Shown: piece after piece, positions 53,427-64,000 of the stretch | Position numbering within the stretch: the first letter of the stretch is position 1 | Layout: each line of letters starts with the position of its first letter | DNA from: Nostoc sp. | GTDB lineage: Bacteria; Cyanobacteriota; Cyanobacteriia; Cyanobacteriales; Nostocaceae | Length of the DNA: 64,000 nt | Reading direction: 5' to 3' | Assembly (NCBI GenBank): GCA_036918135.1 | Contig: JBALDB010000008.1 | Coordinates: forward strand, 96,001 to 160,000 | Made by a program: the position numbers and the translations under genes | The notes under the pieces: model-generated | The model's database searches: none | What the model saw: the letters and a program-made list of their open reading frames with translations, nothing else | Told to the model about the DNA's origin: nothing

Positions 53427-56400
53427 TTACTCATTACCATTTATCAACGGTAGCTTGACAAGAAAAGTTGTACCCTGCCCGACTCCTGGACTTTGGGCAT
53501 AGATAGTACCACCGTGCAGTTCTACGAGGTTACGTGCGATCGCCAGTCCTAATCCTAGTCCTTTTTTTACGCCTTCTGCTTGACGGAATGTGTCAAAAAT
53601 GTATAGTAGAAACTCAGAATCTATTCCGCAGCCAGTGTCACTTAAGATAATTTGGGCTTGATTTTCATTAGAAAGCAGACTAACCTCAATTCTTCCTCCA
53701 GTAGGAGTAAATTTGATGGCATTGGTAAGTAAATTTAAGACAATTTGTTGTAAACGCTCTGGATCGCCTTGAACTGTTACTGGTACAAGCGTACACTCTA
53801 GACGAATATCTTTAGTTTGGTAAGATTGATGCACTGTGGCAATCGCCGTTTCAATCACTTGTTGCAGTTCAACTGGCTCTTGATTCAGGCTAATTTTACT
53901 CGCAGTGATGCGCGAGATATCTAGTAAATCTTCGATTAATTTGGCTTGCAGAGTGGCATTGCGTTCAATCGTCTCCAGAGATTTCATCAGCATGGCTTGA
54001 TTAAACGGACTGCTACGGAGTAACCGCGTCCAACCAAGAATAGCGACTAAGGGTATATTCAGTTCGTGAGAAACTGTTGATAGTATCTCATCCTTCCTGC
54101 GGTTAATTATTCTTTCCTGGCGAAGAGTTTCTGAGCGCAAGTGTGCCATTTTTAAATAAGCATTTACACGGGTGACAAGTTCGGTGGCAGAAAAGGGTTT
54201 AATCAGGTAGTCGTCAGCCCCAGCAAGGAGTCCTTCAATTACAGAGTCTTCTCCAGCACGGGCAGAAAGGAGAATAATCGGCACTTCTTTTGTCCGTGCA
54301 TCAGCCCGCAATGCTTTCAATAACTCAAAGCCGTCTAACCCTGGCATCATCACATCAGAAAGAATCAGATCTGGCACTCTTTCATTAGCCGCCGCCAGTG
54401 CAGTAGCCCCATCCGCGACAGCTTCTACTTCAACGTGTTCGCTTAATATCCGCTTGAGGTAATCGCGCATATCGGCGTTGTCATCAACAAGGAGGATATG
54501 AGCACAGGGGCAGAGGGGCACAGGGGCACAGGGGAGTGATTGTTGTAAGTTCTCCCCTGCTCCCTTGCTCACCTGCTCCCCTACTTCTTCCACTATCCAC
54601 CGCTCTGCCTGCTGAACGTAAGGCGCTGCAACTAATGTAGTTGATGTCAGCGTGCGTGTTGCTGTGATACGATCGCCTACGATTCGACGTAGGCGACGTG
54701 CGCTATCGCGCCCCGCTACGCTAACGCTTGGCAGGTGGGCTGTGCCTAATAGAATTGTGACGGTGAAGCAGCTTCCTTGCCCTACAGTGCTGCTTACGTC
54801 TATAGTTCCACCATGTAGTTTAATTAATTCCTGCACTAAAGCTAGACCAATACCAGACCCTTCATGAGTTCTAGCTGTGGCTGTGCGGACTTGGTAAAAT
54901 CGCTCAAACAGATAGGGTAATTCTTCAGGTGCAATGCCCGTGCCTGTATCTTCTACCTGTAGCGTTACATGATGGTCATCAGCAAGATACAGCCTGACGG
55001 CAATTTCACCTTCAAAGGTGAACTTAAAGGCGTTAGAGAGCAAATTAAGAACTATTTTCTCCCACATTTCCTGGTCTACATATACAGGCTCAGGCAATGA
55101 TGGGCAATCGACCACTAGCCGCAATCCTGCCTGTTCAATGGCAGAACGAAATACACTAGCTAACTCAGTTGTAAACAGTGCCAAATCCGTTGGTTCATAA
55201 ACTGCTTCCATGCGTCCGGCTTCGATGCGGGAGAAGTCGAGCAGGGTATTAACTAGTTTCAGCAAACGCAAGCTGTTGCGGTGGGCGAGTTCTAACCGTT
55301 CCCGTTGTGAAGAAGTTAGGGGATTTACCGAATCGCTTAAGGCATCTTGTAGGGGAGCCAGTATCAACGATAGCGGCGTGCGGAATTCGTGGCTGACGTT
55401 GCTGAAGAAGAGAGTTTTGGTGCGATCGAGTTCTGCCAGGGTTTCGGCGCGTTGGCGTTCTTGTTCGCGGGCAGATTGTTCTCGAACTCGCCCAATTTCT
55501 GATTCACGCAATTCTGTTTCGGCATGGGCGCGGATGATGGTCGCCCAGATGCGTTCGGCAGTTTCGCGCACCAGTTCAACTTCCGCCACTGACCACTCAC
55601 GCGGCGCGGATTCGGTGACGCAGAGCGAGCCTACCAACCTGCCTGCTTTGATCAACGGTGAGGTGATATGCGCGGCAATCCTGACAGCCGCCATCACCTC
55701 ACGGTCGGCTTTGGGAATGATGTCCGAGATTTGGGCATCCGCGACGATGATAGTTTCGCCCCTTTGAAGGAACGGCACAGTCCAGCCGTAATCCGCTAAC
55801 CGATAAACGCCAACGAGCGAGGGCGAGTCACCGCGCAAATAATTTTGATTGACGCGCATGTAACCCTCCGCCTCATTGGTTTCGACGTAGTAGGCGCGGT
55901 CAACGCTCAAATGCTCGCCTAGTAGACGGCAGGCTTGGGCCTGAATTTCAACGGGGTCGGTGAGCGATCGCAGTGCATCCGACAACTTGACCCGGAACGC
56001 ATCGAATTCGGCGGCGCGGCGTATTTGTTCTTCTGCCCGTTTGCGGTCAGTGATGTCATTGAATACAACCGCAACCTGTCGCCTGTCCTCATCCCCAACT
56101 TTGAAAACATAGAAGTCATACCATCTCTTATCTGGATCGGCGTATCGCTCTAAACGCTCACCAATACCCGTTCGGGCGACACGACCAAAAATTTCGTACC
56201 AGTACGCTTCATACCCTGGATCGATTTCTCTTAGTCGCCGTCCAGTGAAATTCTGCCCAATCATTCGCGTTGCTGACGGATTCGCGTCCACATAAAACAG
56301 GTCAACAGGTTGGTTGTTTCGATCAAAAATCACATCACAGACAAAATACCCTTCGTCCATCGAGTTGAACAGCGATCGATATTTTTCTTCCGATTCGCGC

Positions 56401-59400
56401 AAGGCTGCCTCGGCGCGGGCGCGTTCCTGAGCCTGCTGATTCTGCGAGATGACGATCGCAGCAGCTCGTGTCAGCACGGCGGCGAATTCGTAGTCGCGCG
56501 GCGTCACTTCGCGCGGGTGTTTGAAATACATTGTGAATGTGCCGACGACCTTTGCTTGTGTCGTCTCAATCGGAAACGACCAAACGCTGCGGTATTCATA
56601 CTCCTGGGCCAGCCATAGCCAATCTTTCCATCGCGGGTCTTTGGTTACGTCGGGAGTGATAATCGGCTGACCCGTATAGAAGGCTAAACCGCACGTCAGC
56701 GAGTCCGCACCGATTTTGAAGCCGTCCACACACTCGACGTAAGTTTCGGGCATCCCGGCAACGTGGCGCAACTGACTTCCAGTATCATCGGCAATGTAAA
56801 AGGCGCATCTGACATCGGTGCTTGATTGCTCGATGGCGGTGCGGATAAGCACGCCAAGCGATGCTTCGAGGGTTGCGCCTTTGAGGGCAACTTGGAACGC
56901 TGACTTTTGACTTGCCAGCCAAGCCTCGCTCTCGCACAGGGCTGCTTGGGCTTGCCGCTGCTCAATCAGGTCAGCCGCTTGGCGGGCGAGTAAATCGAGA
57001 AAGCGCAGTTGGCGATCGCTTGGTCGATGGTGTTTGCACCAATGGGTGGAAACCATACCAATCGCTTTGCCCGAACGGGTAATCAACGGTGTGGACTGTG
57101 CCGAGAGATACCCCGCCTCAAGGTGTAGTCGCATTGAGCCATCCGGGTCTTCGCTCTCTTGTGCATCGAAATCAATAAAGGTGCGAGCGCCACTCTTGAG
57201 CGCCATGCCGCAAGGCGTATTAGAGCTAGCGTTGACGCGGTAGAAATGCTCGGTCATATTGCGCTCAAAGCCTTGTGTAGCTAGCAGCAATAAGTCTTGT
57301 GTCGCTTCATCTAAAATTTGCACTGTTCCGGCATCTGCCTGCGTGAGGGCGATCGCGGTAGAGATAATTTCTTGATACAGCGTTTGAATGTCGCCTTCCG
57401 TCACTAATTGGGTACTGAGTTCGCGCAGCCGTTGCGTATCTTCGAGATCGGCAGCAATAGCGGCTTCGGTTTGTTTGCGAGCGGTCACATCACTTGCTGC
57501 TCCGAACCATTCAATGATTTCACCCTGCTCATTCAGCATTGGGATGGCGCGCGAGAACGTCCAGCCAATTGTGCCGTCCTGTTGAATAACCCGATGTTCC
57601 AACTCAAACGTGCTCTTGGTTCGGATGGCTTCTTGGATGACAGCCCATACCTGCGGCTGCTCCTCTTTGGAAATATACGTTTCAAGCCATGTGTCACTGG
57701 GCTTCTCAGTATTGGCGAGGATGTTCTTACCTTCGAGGTTATGCATCTGACTCCAATCTGCGCTCATTCTGTATATTATGTCCGAGCTAGCGGTGACGAA
57801 TAAGCGGAATCGTTCTTCGCTCTCGCGCAAAGCAACTTCTGCTTTTTTACGCTCGGATATGTCGTATGAAACGGCAAGCACAGCATAAACTTCGCCGCTA
57901 TTCGTGCGAAGCGGCGTTCCGCGTGAGACGTAAGTGCGATCGTGTGAATTGTGTTCGAGCGTGAATGACTCGCCCGCCAGAGCCATGCGGTATAGCTCCT
58001 CATACTTAGCGGTTAATTCCGGCGGCATTGCCTCAAAAATCGTTTTGCCGACTAAATCTTCTCTTTTGAAACCGGCAGCAGAGAGGGCTTCGCCTTCCGC
58101 AAGCAGATAGCGCAGATCGCCATCAACGACAAACGCCGCCCCACCTGGCAGATTTTCAATCATCACCCGTAAGCGTTCTTCTGATTCGTGCAAGGCTGCT
58201 TCTTTGAGCTTGCGTTCGCTAATGTCAAATGTTACACCGAGTGCGCGATCGGCTGTGCGGTGTTCCCCTTCACCCGTGAAGAATACCTGCCCTTTATCGA
58301 CTACCCAGCGCACTGCTCCATCTGTCCGCACAATGCGAAACTCATGCTCGTAAGCTCCGGGAGCATCTGGACTGAGGAATTGCTGGAATTTACCCAAAGT
58401 CTGCTCGCGATCGTCCGGGTGAATGAATTGGGGTAATCGCTCGAAGCTAATTTCTGCGTCTTCTGGCAAGCCATGAATCGCTTTTAGCGCGATTGACCAG
58501 TTGATGCGATCGGTTTGTACAATATACTCATAAGTGCCAAAATTGCCAGCTTCCGAAGCCAGCCGCAGCCGTTCTTCTGATGCGCGTAACGTTGCGATCA
58601 GAGTCTTCTGCTCGTGAATGTCGGTGGCAGATCCGAACCATTGAGTGATATGTCCTTGTGCATCCAAAACAGGATTTATTTGGACTAGAAACCAGCGATA
58701 GTTCCCCTCTCTATCCCGAATGCGGTGTTCTTGTCTCAGCAGACGACCCTCATCCACCGCGTTCTGGAAGTTGGCGAGAGATTGAGCGCGAGCGTCTGGA
58801 TGAATCATCTCTAACCAGCTATAGCTAGCAGCCTCCTCCACCGTCTGCCCAGTGTAGTCCAGCCAGCGCTGGTTATACCAACTGGTGTTACCTGTGAAGT
58901 CATTGCACCAAAGCATATCAGGCACAAGGTTGACAACGGACTGAAAGTATGTCCTACTTTCACGCAATGCTGCTTCCACCTGCTTGCGTTCAACAATTTC
59001 AGCTTCTAGGGCAACGTTGGCAGCAAGCAATTCCCTGGTTTGTCGCTGATTCAGTAGCAGTGCAGCAGCAGTAAAATCTGCCAAACTCGTCATCACCCGC
59101 ACGTCTTCACTGTCAAAGTGCCGTTGCTCATCGTGCGATATAATCCAGATCGTGCCGAGAGCGCGATCGTCAGCAATTAAAGGTAACACCAAGCCTTCGA
59201 CAACCGGAGTGTTGGCTTCTTGGAAGTAGATGAAATACCTTTCAGGATGAGAAAAAAGCACAGGTGTACCGCGATCGAGACAGATGCCACAGGGACTAAA
59301 GTTACGCGGTGTAGTGCCGCCGACATACTGTGACAATGTTCCTGCCAACACATTCCAGCGAAAGACTTCTTCACCACTGGGGGTTGTTTCTAGCAAGCTG

Positions 59401-59609
59401 ACTCCTGCTGTTCCGCATTGGCACAGTTCGAGTGCCATTTCTGCCAGATTTTGAAGCATCGTTTCTGGCTGATTCACCAACTGCCGCACCAATGCGTGCA
59501 ATGCCTGATTTTCTGAGATGAAATTTGCAGTCCGAGGAGTTCGATGGGACAATTCCTCAGTAATTAAAATATCTTCTAGGGTGACAGTTTCTCTTTGAGG
59601 ACGTTGCAT
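53427..59609 (-). CDS. Multi-sensor hybrid histidine kinase (GAF/PAS array-HisKA-HATPase-REC-HisKA-HATPase)
   Basis: [23 protein letters not shown]...SDVMMP, second [14 protein letters not shown]. Confidence 0.93.
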   Translation of the reverse strand: MQRPQRETVTLEDILITEELSHRTPRTANFISENQALHALVRQLVNQPETMLQNLAEMALELCQCGTAGVSLLETTPSGEEVFRWNVLAGTLSQYVGGTTPRNFSPCGICLDRGTPVLFSHPERYFIYFQEANTPVVEGLVLPLIADDRALGTIWIISHDEQRHFDSEDVRVMTSLADFTAAALLLNQRQTRELLAANVALEAEIVERKQVEAALRESRTYFQSVVNLVPDMLWCNDFTGNTSWYNQRWLDYTGQTVEEAASYSWLEMIHPDARAQSLANFQNAVDEGRLLRQEHRIRDREGNYRWFLVQINPVLDAQGHITQWFGSATDIHEQKTLIATLRASEERLRLASEAGNFGTYEYIVQTDRINWSIALKAIHGLPEDAEISFERLPQFIHPDDREQTLGKFQQFLSPDAPGAYEHEFRIVRTDGAVRWVVDKGQVFFTGEGEHRTADRALGVTFDISERKLKEAALHESEERLRVMIENLPGGAAFVVDGDLRYLLAEGEALSAAGFKREDLVGKTIFEAMPPELTAKYEELYRMALAGESFTLEHNSHDRTYVSRGTPLRTNSGEVYAVLAVSYDISERKKAEVALRESEERFRLFVTASSDIIYRMSADWSQMHNLEGKNILANTEKPSDTWLETYISKEEQPQVWAVIQEAIRTKSTFELEHRVIQQDGTIGWTFSRAIPMLNEQGEIIEWFGAASDVTARKQTEAAIAADLEDTQRLRELSTQLVTEGDIQTLYQEIISTAIALTQADAGTVQILDEATQDLLLLATQGFERNMTEHFYRVNASSNTPCGMALKSGARTFIDFDAQESEDPDGSMRLHLEAGYLSAQSTPLITRSGKAIGMVSTHWCKHHRPSDRQLRFLDLLARQAADLIEQRQAQAALCESEAWLASQKSAFQVALKGATLEASLGVLIRTAIEQSSTDVRCAFYIADDTGSQLRHVAGMPETYVECVDGFKIGADSLTCGLAFYTGQPIITPDVTKDPRWKDWLWLAQEYEYRSVWSFPIETTQAKVVGTFTMYFKHPREVTPRDYEFAAVLTRAAAIVISQNQQAQERARAEAALRESEEKYRSLFNSMDEGYFVCDVIFDRNNQPVDLFYVDANPSATRMIGQNFTGRRLREIDPGYEAYWYEIFGRVARTGIGERLERYADPDKRWYDFYVFKVGDEDRRQVAVVFNDITDRKRAEEQIRRAAEFDAFRVKLSDALRSLTDPVEIQAQACRLLGEHLSVDRAYYVETNEAEGYMRVNQNYLRGDSPSLVGVYRLADYGWTVPFLQRGETIIVADAQISDIIPKADREVMAAVRIAAHITSPLIKAGRLVGSLCVTESAPREWSVAEVELVRETAERIWATIIRAHAETELRESEIGRVREQSAREQERQRAETLAELDRTKTLFFSNVSHEFRTPLSLILAPLQDALSDSVNPLTSSQRERLELAHRNSLRLLKLVNTLLDFSRIEAGRMEAVYEPTDLALFTTELASVFRSAIEQAGLRLVVDCPSLPEPVYVDQEMWEKIVLNLLSNAFKFTFEGEIAVRLYLADDHHVTLQVEDTGTGIAPEELPYLFERFYQVRTATARTHEGSGIGLALVQELIKLHGGTIDVSSTVGQGSCFTVTILLGTAHLPSVSVAGRDSARRLRRIVGDRITATRTLTSTTLVAAPYVQQAERWIVEEVGEQVSKGAGENLQQSLPCAPVPLCPCAHILLVDDNADMRDYLKRILSEHVEVEAVADGATALAAANERVPDLILSDVMMPGLDGFELLKALRADARTKEVPIILLSARAGEDSVIEGLLAGADDYLIKPFSATELVTRVNAYLKMAHLRSETLRQERIINRRKDEILSTVSHELNIPLVAILGWTRLLRSSPFNQAMLMKSLETIERNATLQAKLIEDLLDISRITASKISLNQEPVELQQVIETAIATVHQSYQTKDIRLECTLVPVTVQGDPERLQQIVLNLLTNAIKFTPTGGRIEVSLLSNENQAQIILSDTGCGIDSEFLLYIFDTFRQAEGVKKGLGLGLAIARNLVELHGGTIYAQSPGVGQGTTFLVKLPLINGNE

Positions 59610-59737
59610 GGAACTTATGGCTTTGGCAGTTTGGCAAGAATTTTATCTTACTAAAAAAGGTTTAAAATCCTATCCTCTACAGGTTGCATATAAGCGTGTT
59701 GGAGTTTAAATTATCACTACAAAACATAATTGCGAAT

Positions 59738-59858
59738 ACATCAAAAATTAACTGTGCTTCTGGATCGTTAGCAGCAAAATCCTCTAAAAAATCACACACA
59801 ACTTGACGATATTTTTTACTCGCTCCATTGCTCAATTATCTCACGATTCGGATTGTAT
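59738..59858 (-). pseudogene. Degenerate xisH 3'/xisI 5' duplicate
   Basis: Near-colinear with 60642-60760 (YNPN.E.IEQW / MERV..YRQ.VCDFLEDFAANDPEAQLIFD) with a frameshift. Confidence 0.8.
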
Positions 59859-60052
59859 AGCTGAGTGCTGAGTGCTGAGTGCTGAGTAGAAACTCAGTAT
59901 TATCAAAGGTTTCAGCAACCAACATAATCCTAACCTATGCTTCGACTGCTATAAGATTATGTTTGACTAATCACTTGTGATTAAAATCTCTCCGCGTCAG
60001 CCTCAATGATAAGTCTTTAAATGGCGCTTGACAGTCAAAATTCTCATCCTTA

Positions 60053-60331
60053 TCACTCGCTTGCTTGAGTAAAATCTTTATTTGCCTTCCCTGTAACAGC
60101 TTCCGCTTTCCTTGCAACAACTTCCGCCTTGACGTTTGCGTGTTTCGCGCAGGCTGTAGCAGCTTCCGCCTTGGCTGTAAGAGCTTCCGCTTTCACGTTT
60201 GCGTGTTTCGCGTAGTCTGTAGCAGCTTCCGCCTTGGCTGTAAGAGCTTCCGCTTTTACGTTTGCGTGTTTCGCGCAGTCTGTAGCAGCTTTTGCTTTCA
60301 CATTATTAGAAACAGATTTGTGTTACAGCAT
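60053..60331 (-). other. 63-bp tandem repeat (about 3 copies) in an Ala/Lys-rich ORF, possibly pseudogenised
   Basis: AKHANVKAEALTAKAEAATD repeats; upstream in-frame ATG CTG TAA at 60331. Confidence 0.5.
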
Positions 60332-60392
60332 CTTCTCTTAAAATAAACTACTAACGACTAAAACAGTCTTCTATTCCGGTTTAAAATTTTCT

Positions 60393-60731
60393 TTAAAGCT
60401 TACTGCCATCTGTGTATAAAGCAGCGGCAAGCCGTTCTCTCACGCTGGGCGATCGAAATCCTAAAACAATATCTTGAGGCGCAACACCGCGTCCAATCAG
60501 TTCTCGATCGATAAAAATTTCAGTACTGTTGTGCTGAATCCAAACTTTGCCTTCAATCAGGTCTAGCTGCATCGCACAACCGTAGATGCGGGATTCGCCG
60601 CGCCAACCATTATGCATGACGAGATAGCGGTCGCGCTCAGTATCAAAAATCAACTGGGCTTCTGGATCGTCGGCGGCGAAATTCTCTAAGAAATCACACA
60701 CATTTTGGCGATATTTGTTTACTCGATCCAT
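60393..60731 (-). CDS. xisI: XisI protein
   Basis: IFD...DRYL....GW....RIYG...GKVWIQHN.TE...DIVLGF. Confidence 0.92.
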   Translation of the reverse strand: MDRVNKYRQNVCDFLENFAADDPEAQLIFDTERDRYLVMHNGWRGESRIYGCAMQLDLIEGKVWIQHNSTEIFIDRELIGRGVAPQDIVLGFRSPSVRERLAAALYTDGSKL

Positions 60732-61135
60732 TGTTCAATTACCTCTTGATTCGGATTGTAAATAATCAAGCGAACTTCATAACGTTCTATCACCGTTTTA
60801 GCTGGCTCAAAACGCAAAAAGGTTTGATGAACATCGCTTGGAACTGCCAGATAAAGAACGCGGTCTGGTTCTTCTGAAACTTCTAAGGCAATACGATAAT
60901 TTAAGAATTGACCGAGGGCAGTATGAAATTCGGAGATTGCTGAACTGCTGGCAAAGCTTTTGACTTCCACTGCTATTTTACGTCCTGCTTTTTGGGCAGC
61001 CATCGCTTCTTCTGCGGCCAGGTCAATATAAATATCGGCAACACCATAGCGCAAGCGATAAGGATCGTGGGTGATTGTCCAGCCGTCTTTTTGCAGTGCC
61101 AGCTTAACAGTATTGTGAAAAATATCTTTTGCCAT
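60719..61135 (-). CDS. xisH: XisH protein
   Basis: MAKDIFH..VK.AL.KDGWTITHDP, IDLAAE, IAVEVKSF, ALGQFLNY. Confidence 0.93.
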   Translation of the reverse strand: MAKDIFHNTVKLALQKDGWTITHDPYRLRYGVADIYIDLAAEEAMAAQKAGRKIAVEVKSFASSSAISEFHTALGQFLNYRIALEVSEEPDRVLYLAVPSDVHQTFLRFEPAKTVIERYEVRLIIYNPNQEVIEQWIE

Positions 61136-61144
61136 ATTGCCCTG

Positions 61145-64000
61145 TTAAATTAATGGCAGCTTGACGGTAAACGTTGCGCCTCGTCCAATTCCGTCACTCG
61201 CTGCCTCAATTGTACCGCCGTGCAATTCTACTAGTTGACGAGCGATCGCTAGCCCCAACCCCAAACCCCCTGGCGTGTGTCTGCTAGGAACCTCTGCTTG
61301 CGTAAAGCGATCGAAAACGTCAGGCAGAAACTCGCTACTAATTCCCATACCTGTATCTCTGATTTGAATCGTAGCTAGAGAATCAATAGTATCAAGCCGA
61401 ACTTCTACTACTCCTCCCTTTGATGTAAATTTAATCGCATTGGCAAGTAATTCTTTGACAATTTGCTGCAAGCGATCGCGATCGCCTAAAACGGTGTCAT
61501 CTTGTTGAAAAGTTGCCTGCAAAGTTTTGACAATATTAATCCCCTTTTCCTTAGCATTTGAGGACATTGTATTGATAACTTCTTCAATAATCTTTGTGAG
61601 TTTAACTGGCTGGCTCTGCAAGCAAACTTTACCTGAGATAATCGTTGAAATGTCTAGCAAATCCTCAATTAGCTTTGCTTGGTTCTTGGCATTGCGCTCA
61701 ATTGTATCCAAAGCACGTAAAACAGTAGCCTTGTCGAGTTCCTTTGAATGCAGTAAGCGAGTCCAGCCCAAGATTGCAACTAAAGGCGCATGAAGTTCGT
61801 GCGTAACTGTTGCTATAAATTCATCTTTGAAGTGATTAAAAGATAACTCTTGGCGCAAACGTACCATTTGCAAATGAGATTTTACACGAGTCAGCAGTTC
61901 GCGAGCAGAGAAAGGCTTAATTAGGTAGTCATCAGCCCCCGCTTGCAAACCCTCAATTGCCGCCTCTTCTCCCGCACGAGCCGACAGCAGAATAATCGGT
62001 ATACCTTTTGTCTTTGGATCTGCACGTAATGCACTCAGCAATTGAAACCCGTCCATTTCTGGCATCATCACATCAGTAAGTACCATATCTGGCGGTTGTT
62101 CGCAAACAGCAGCTAGTGCAGCAACTCCATTAGCGACAGTTGTTACTTGCCATTGCTTTGATAGCAGACGCGCCACATAGTCTCGCATATCGGCATTATC
62201 ATCGACTAACAAAATGCGCGCAGTTGAAAACTGGGAGGGCTTTATAGGCGGTGGTTTTGGGGCCGCCACTTTGTGGCGGCCCCAAAACCACAAATTTTCT
62301 TCTTGCCATTGCTGTGCTTCCTCCACATAGGGGGCAGCACCTACTGGTGTTGATGCTAGTGTACTGGTACTAATTTGATTACTTGGCAAGTGCGATGAGC
62401 CTGTGGGTAGCGTGACTGTAAATGTCGTTCCTCTACCCAAAACACTTTTCACCTTTACAGTACCGCCATGTAAGTTAACGAGTTCAGCCACCAAAGCTAG
62501 CCCAATGCCTGACCCTTCATGACTCCTTGCCTTCACGCCTCGGATACGGTGAAAGCGCTCAAAAATTCGGGGTAATTCTTCGGCAGTAATGCCTGTGCCT
62601 GTATCTCGTATTTTTAGCTCTACTTTGTCACCTATTGCGTGTAATGAAACGGCAATTTCACCAACAAAGGTAAACTTAAACGCATTGGAGATTAAGTTAA
62701 GAACAATTTTCTCCCACATTTCGCGGTCTACGTACACGAGGTTACACAGGGGCGGACAATCTACTATTAATTCCAGTCCTGCTGTTTCAATCGCCGAATG
62801 AAAAACTGATGCCAGATTGGCTGTGAATACTCCTAAGTCGGTTGGCTCATAGACTGCTTGTATTCTGCCTGCCTCGATTCGGGAGAAGTCAAGTAAGGTA
62901 TTGACGAGTTTGAGCAGTCTAATCGCGTTTCGTTGGACAATATCGAGCTGTTCGCGTTGTTCGGGCAGGAGTGAACCATATTCAAGAGCGAGTACTTGCT
63001 CAAGTGGATTGAGAATTAACGTCAGGGGCGTGCGAAATTCGTGGCTGACGTTGCTGAAGAACTCGGTTTTGGCGCGATTGAGTTCTGCCAGTGCTTCGGC
63101 TCGTTTTCGCTCCTCTTCGTAGGCATGAGCCTTAGCGATCGCCGTCGTCACTGATTCACTCAGCAGCGTATAAAACGTTTGGTAAGCTTGATCCAACGCT
63201 CGGCGGGGACTCACTCCGGCAACGAATACTCCCCACATATGTGCTAATCCTGGCAGGGCGATCGGTACGACAATGGCGGACTGAACGGATTCTGGGTAAG
63301 GGCTGCACACAAGTGAGCCTAACCATTGTTCTAATTCATTCACCTGTCGGACTTGACTGGATAACCGCTGAGCATTCGCAGGCGATCGCGCCACTTCTGC
63401 CAGTGCCCAAAGTTCTGGCATTGCCTCTAAATCTACGACCGTTGGGCAAGCCGTACTTCCTGGCTTCAGTCCAGTCATGCTTATTAAATGGGCCTGTTTG
63501 CCATTTGAGTTGAGCCGATAGAACAGCGTAAAGGGCAGATCGAGTTCATGATCTGCAAGGGCTTCGGTACTCAAGCGACAAGCCTCTTCGATGGTATTAG
63601 CATCGGCGGTGCGATCCGCCAAATCGCGCAGCACTTTCAGCCGTCGTTCTGCCAGGATTTGCTGCGTCATCTCTGTAACTGGGTGAAACAGTCCACCCAC
63701 ACCCTGCGTTTCATCGCGGATGGGACTGAGGGAGAACGTGAAAAAGGTTTCTTCCAGGTAGCCGTTGCGATCTAGGAACATCCGCCGATTTTCCAGGAAG
63801 GCAGTTTCTCCAGCAGCGGCACGCTCAAAGGGTTCCTCAAGTGCATCCCAGGCAGAAAGCCAGCATTGTTTGTAGTCCTGTCCCATTGAGTGGGGGTGCT
63901 TGTCGCCACACATGGGCCAATAGCCATCGTTATAAATCTGAACGCGCCCAGGCCCCCAAATGATATTAATCGGGAAGTTCGAGGCCAGACAGAGGCTGAC
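61145..64000 (-). CDS. Hybrid histidine kinase (PAS-GAF-HisKA-HATPase-REC-HisKA-HATPase), 5'-truncated by window edge
   Basis: Frame open to 64000 (VSLCLASNFPINIIWGP...); [19 protein letters not shown]. Confidence 0.93.
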   Translation of the reverse strand, partial: VSLCLASNFPINIIWGPGRVQIYNDGYWPMCGDKHPHSMGQDYKQCWLSAWDALEEPFERAAAGETAFLENRRMFLDRNGYLEETFFTFSLSPIRDETQGVGGLFHPVTEMTQQILAERRLKVLRDLADRTADANTIEEACRLSTEALADHELDLPFTLFYRLNSNGKQAHLISMTGLKPGSTACPTVVDLEAMPELWALAEVARSPANAQRLSSQVRQVNELEQWLGSLVCSPYPESVQSAIVVPIALPGLAHMWGVFVAGVSPRRALDQAYQTFYTLLSESVTTAIAKAHAYEEERKRAEALAELNRAKTEFFSNVSHEFRTPLTLILNPLEQVLALEYGSLLPEQREQLDIVQRNAIRLLKLVNTLLDFSRIEAGRIQAVYEPTDLGVFTANLASVFHSAIETAGLELIVDCPPLCNLVYVDREMWEKIVLNLISNAFKFTFVGEIAVSLHAIGDKVELKIRDTGTGITAEELPRIFERFHRIRGVKARSHEGSGIGLALVAELVNLHGGTVKVKSVLGRGTTFTVTLPTGSSHLPSNQISTSTLASTPVGAAPYVEEAQQWQEENLWFWGRHKVAAPKPPPIKPSQFSTARILLVDDNADMRDYVARLLSKQWQVTTVANGVAALAAVCEQPPDMVLTDVMMPEMDGFQLLSALRADPKTKGIPIILLSARAGEEAAIEGLQAGADDYLIKPFSARELLTRVKSHLQMVRLRQELSFNHFKDEFIATVTHELHAPLVAILGWTRLLHSKELDKATVLRALDTIERNAKNQAKLIEDLLDISTIISGKVCLQSQPVKLTKIIEEVINTMSSNAKEKGINIVKTLQATFQQDDTVLGDRDRLQQIVKELLANAIKFTSKGGVVEVRLDTIDSLATIQIRDTGMGISSEFLPDVFDRFTQAEVPSRHTPGGLGLGLAIARQLVELHGGTIEAASDGIGRGATFTVKLPLI

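Noticed and set aside
54652..59377. Numerous antisense or alternate-frame ORFs inside the large kinase
   Set aside because: Shadow ORFs of a GC-richer CDS with no recognisable motifs.

Overview
64-kb chromosomal segment from a filamentous, probably heterocyst-forming (Nostocales-type) cyanobacterium. Evidence for this is frequent HIP1 octamers (GCGATCGC), heptamer STRR arrays, xisH/xisI, labA and cyanobacterial rpoZ. The core backbone has rpiA, an InrS-like repressor, lptC, labA, metG, pepA, plsX-fabH-fabD, a DnaJ-type co-chaperone, glgC, a neopullulanase, rpoZ and tRNA-Pro(GGG). Five accessory blocks stand out. (1) A TIR-TM-WD40 gene is co-oriented with a large papain-like (C1) protease carrying peptidoglycan-binding-type inserts. 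(2) A heavily decayed biosynthetic operon at 27.3-31.8 kb has two M29-fold CgnB/CgnE-like (crocagin-type RiPP) paralogues, a glycosyltransferase, methyltransferase fragments and a MATE exporter; every gene is broken by a nonsense codon or an apparent deletion. (3) An S8 protease has a free-standing paralogue of its own propeptide, and the two are split by an inserted YD-like/RTX surface protein and an IS982 end. (4) A single ORF fuses a methyltransferase to a BsuBI/PstI-type restriction enzyme. (5) A signalling island carries CheB-GAF, two double-kinase hybrid histidine kinases and xisHI plus a degenerate xisHI copy. Many small repeats and MITE-like elements are present, some inserted in-frame in coding sequence, along with several pseudogenes missed by the ORF track. 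No CRISPR array or rRNA was seen. All family assignments come from motif recognition by eye, not from database searches.
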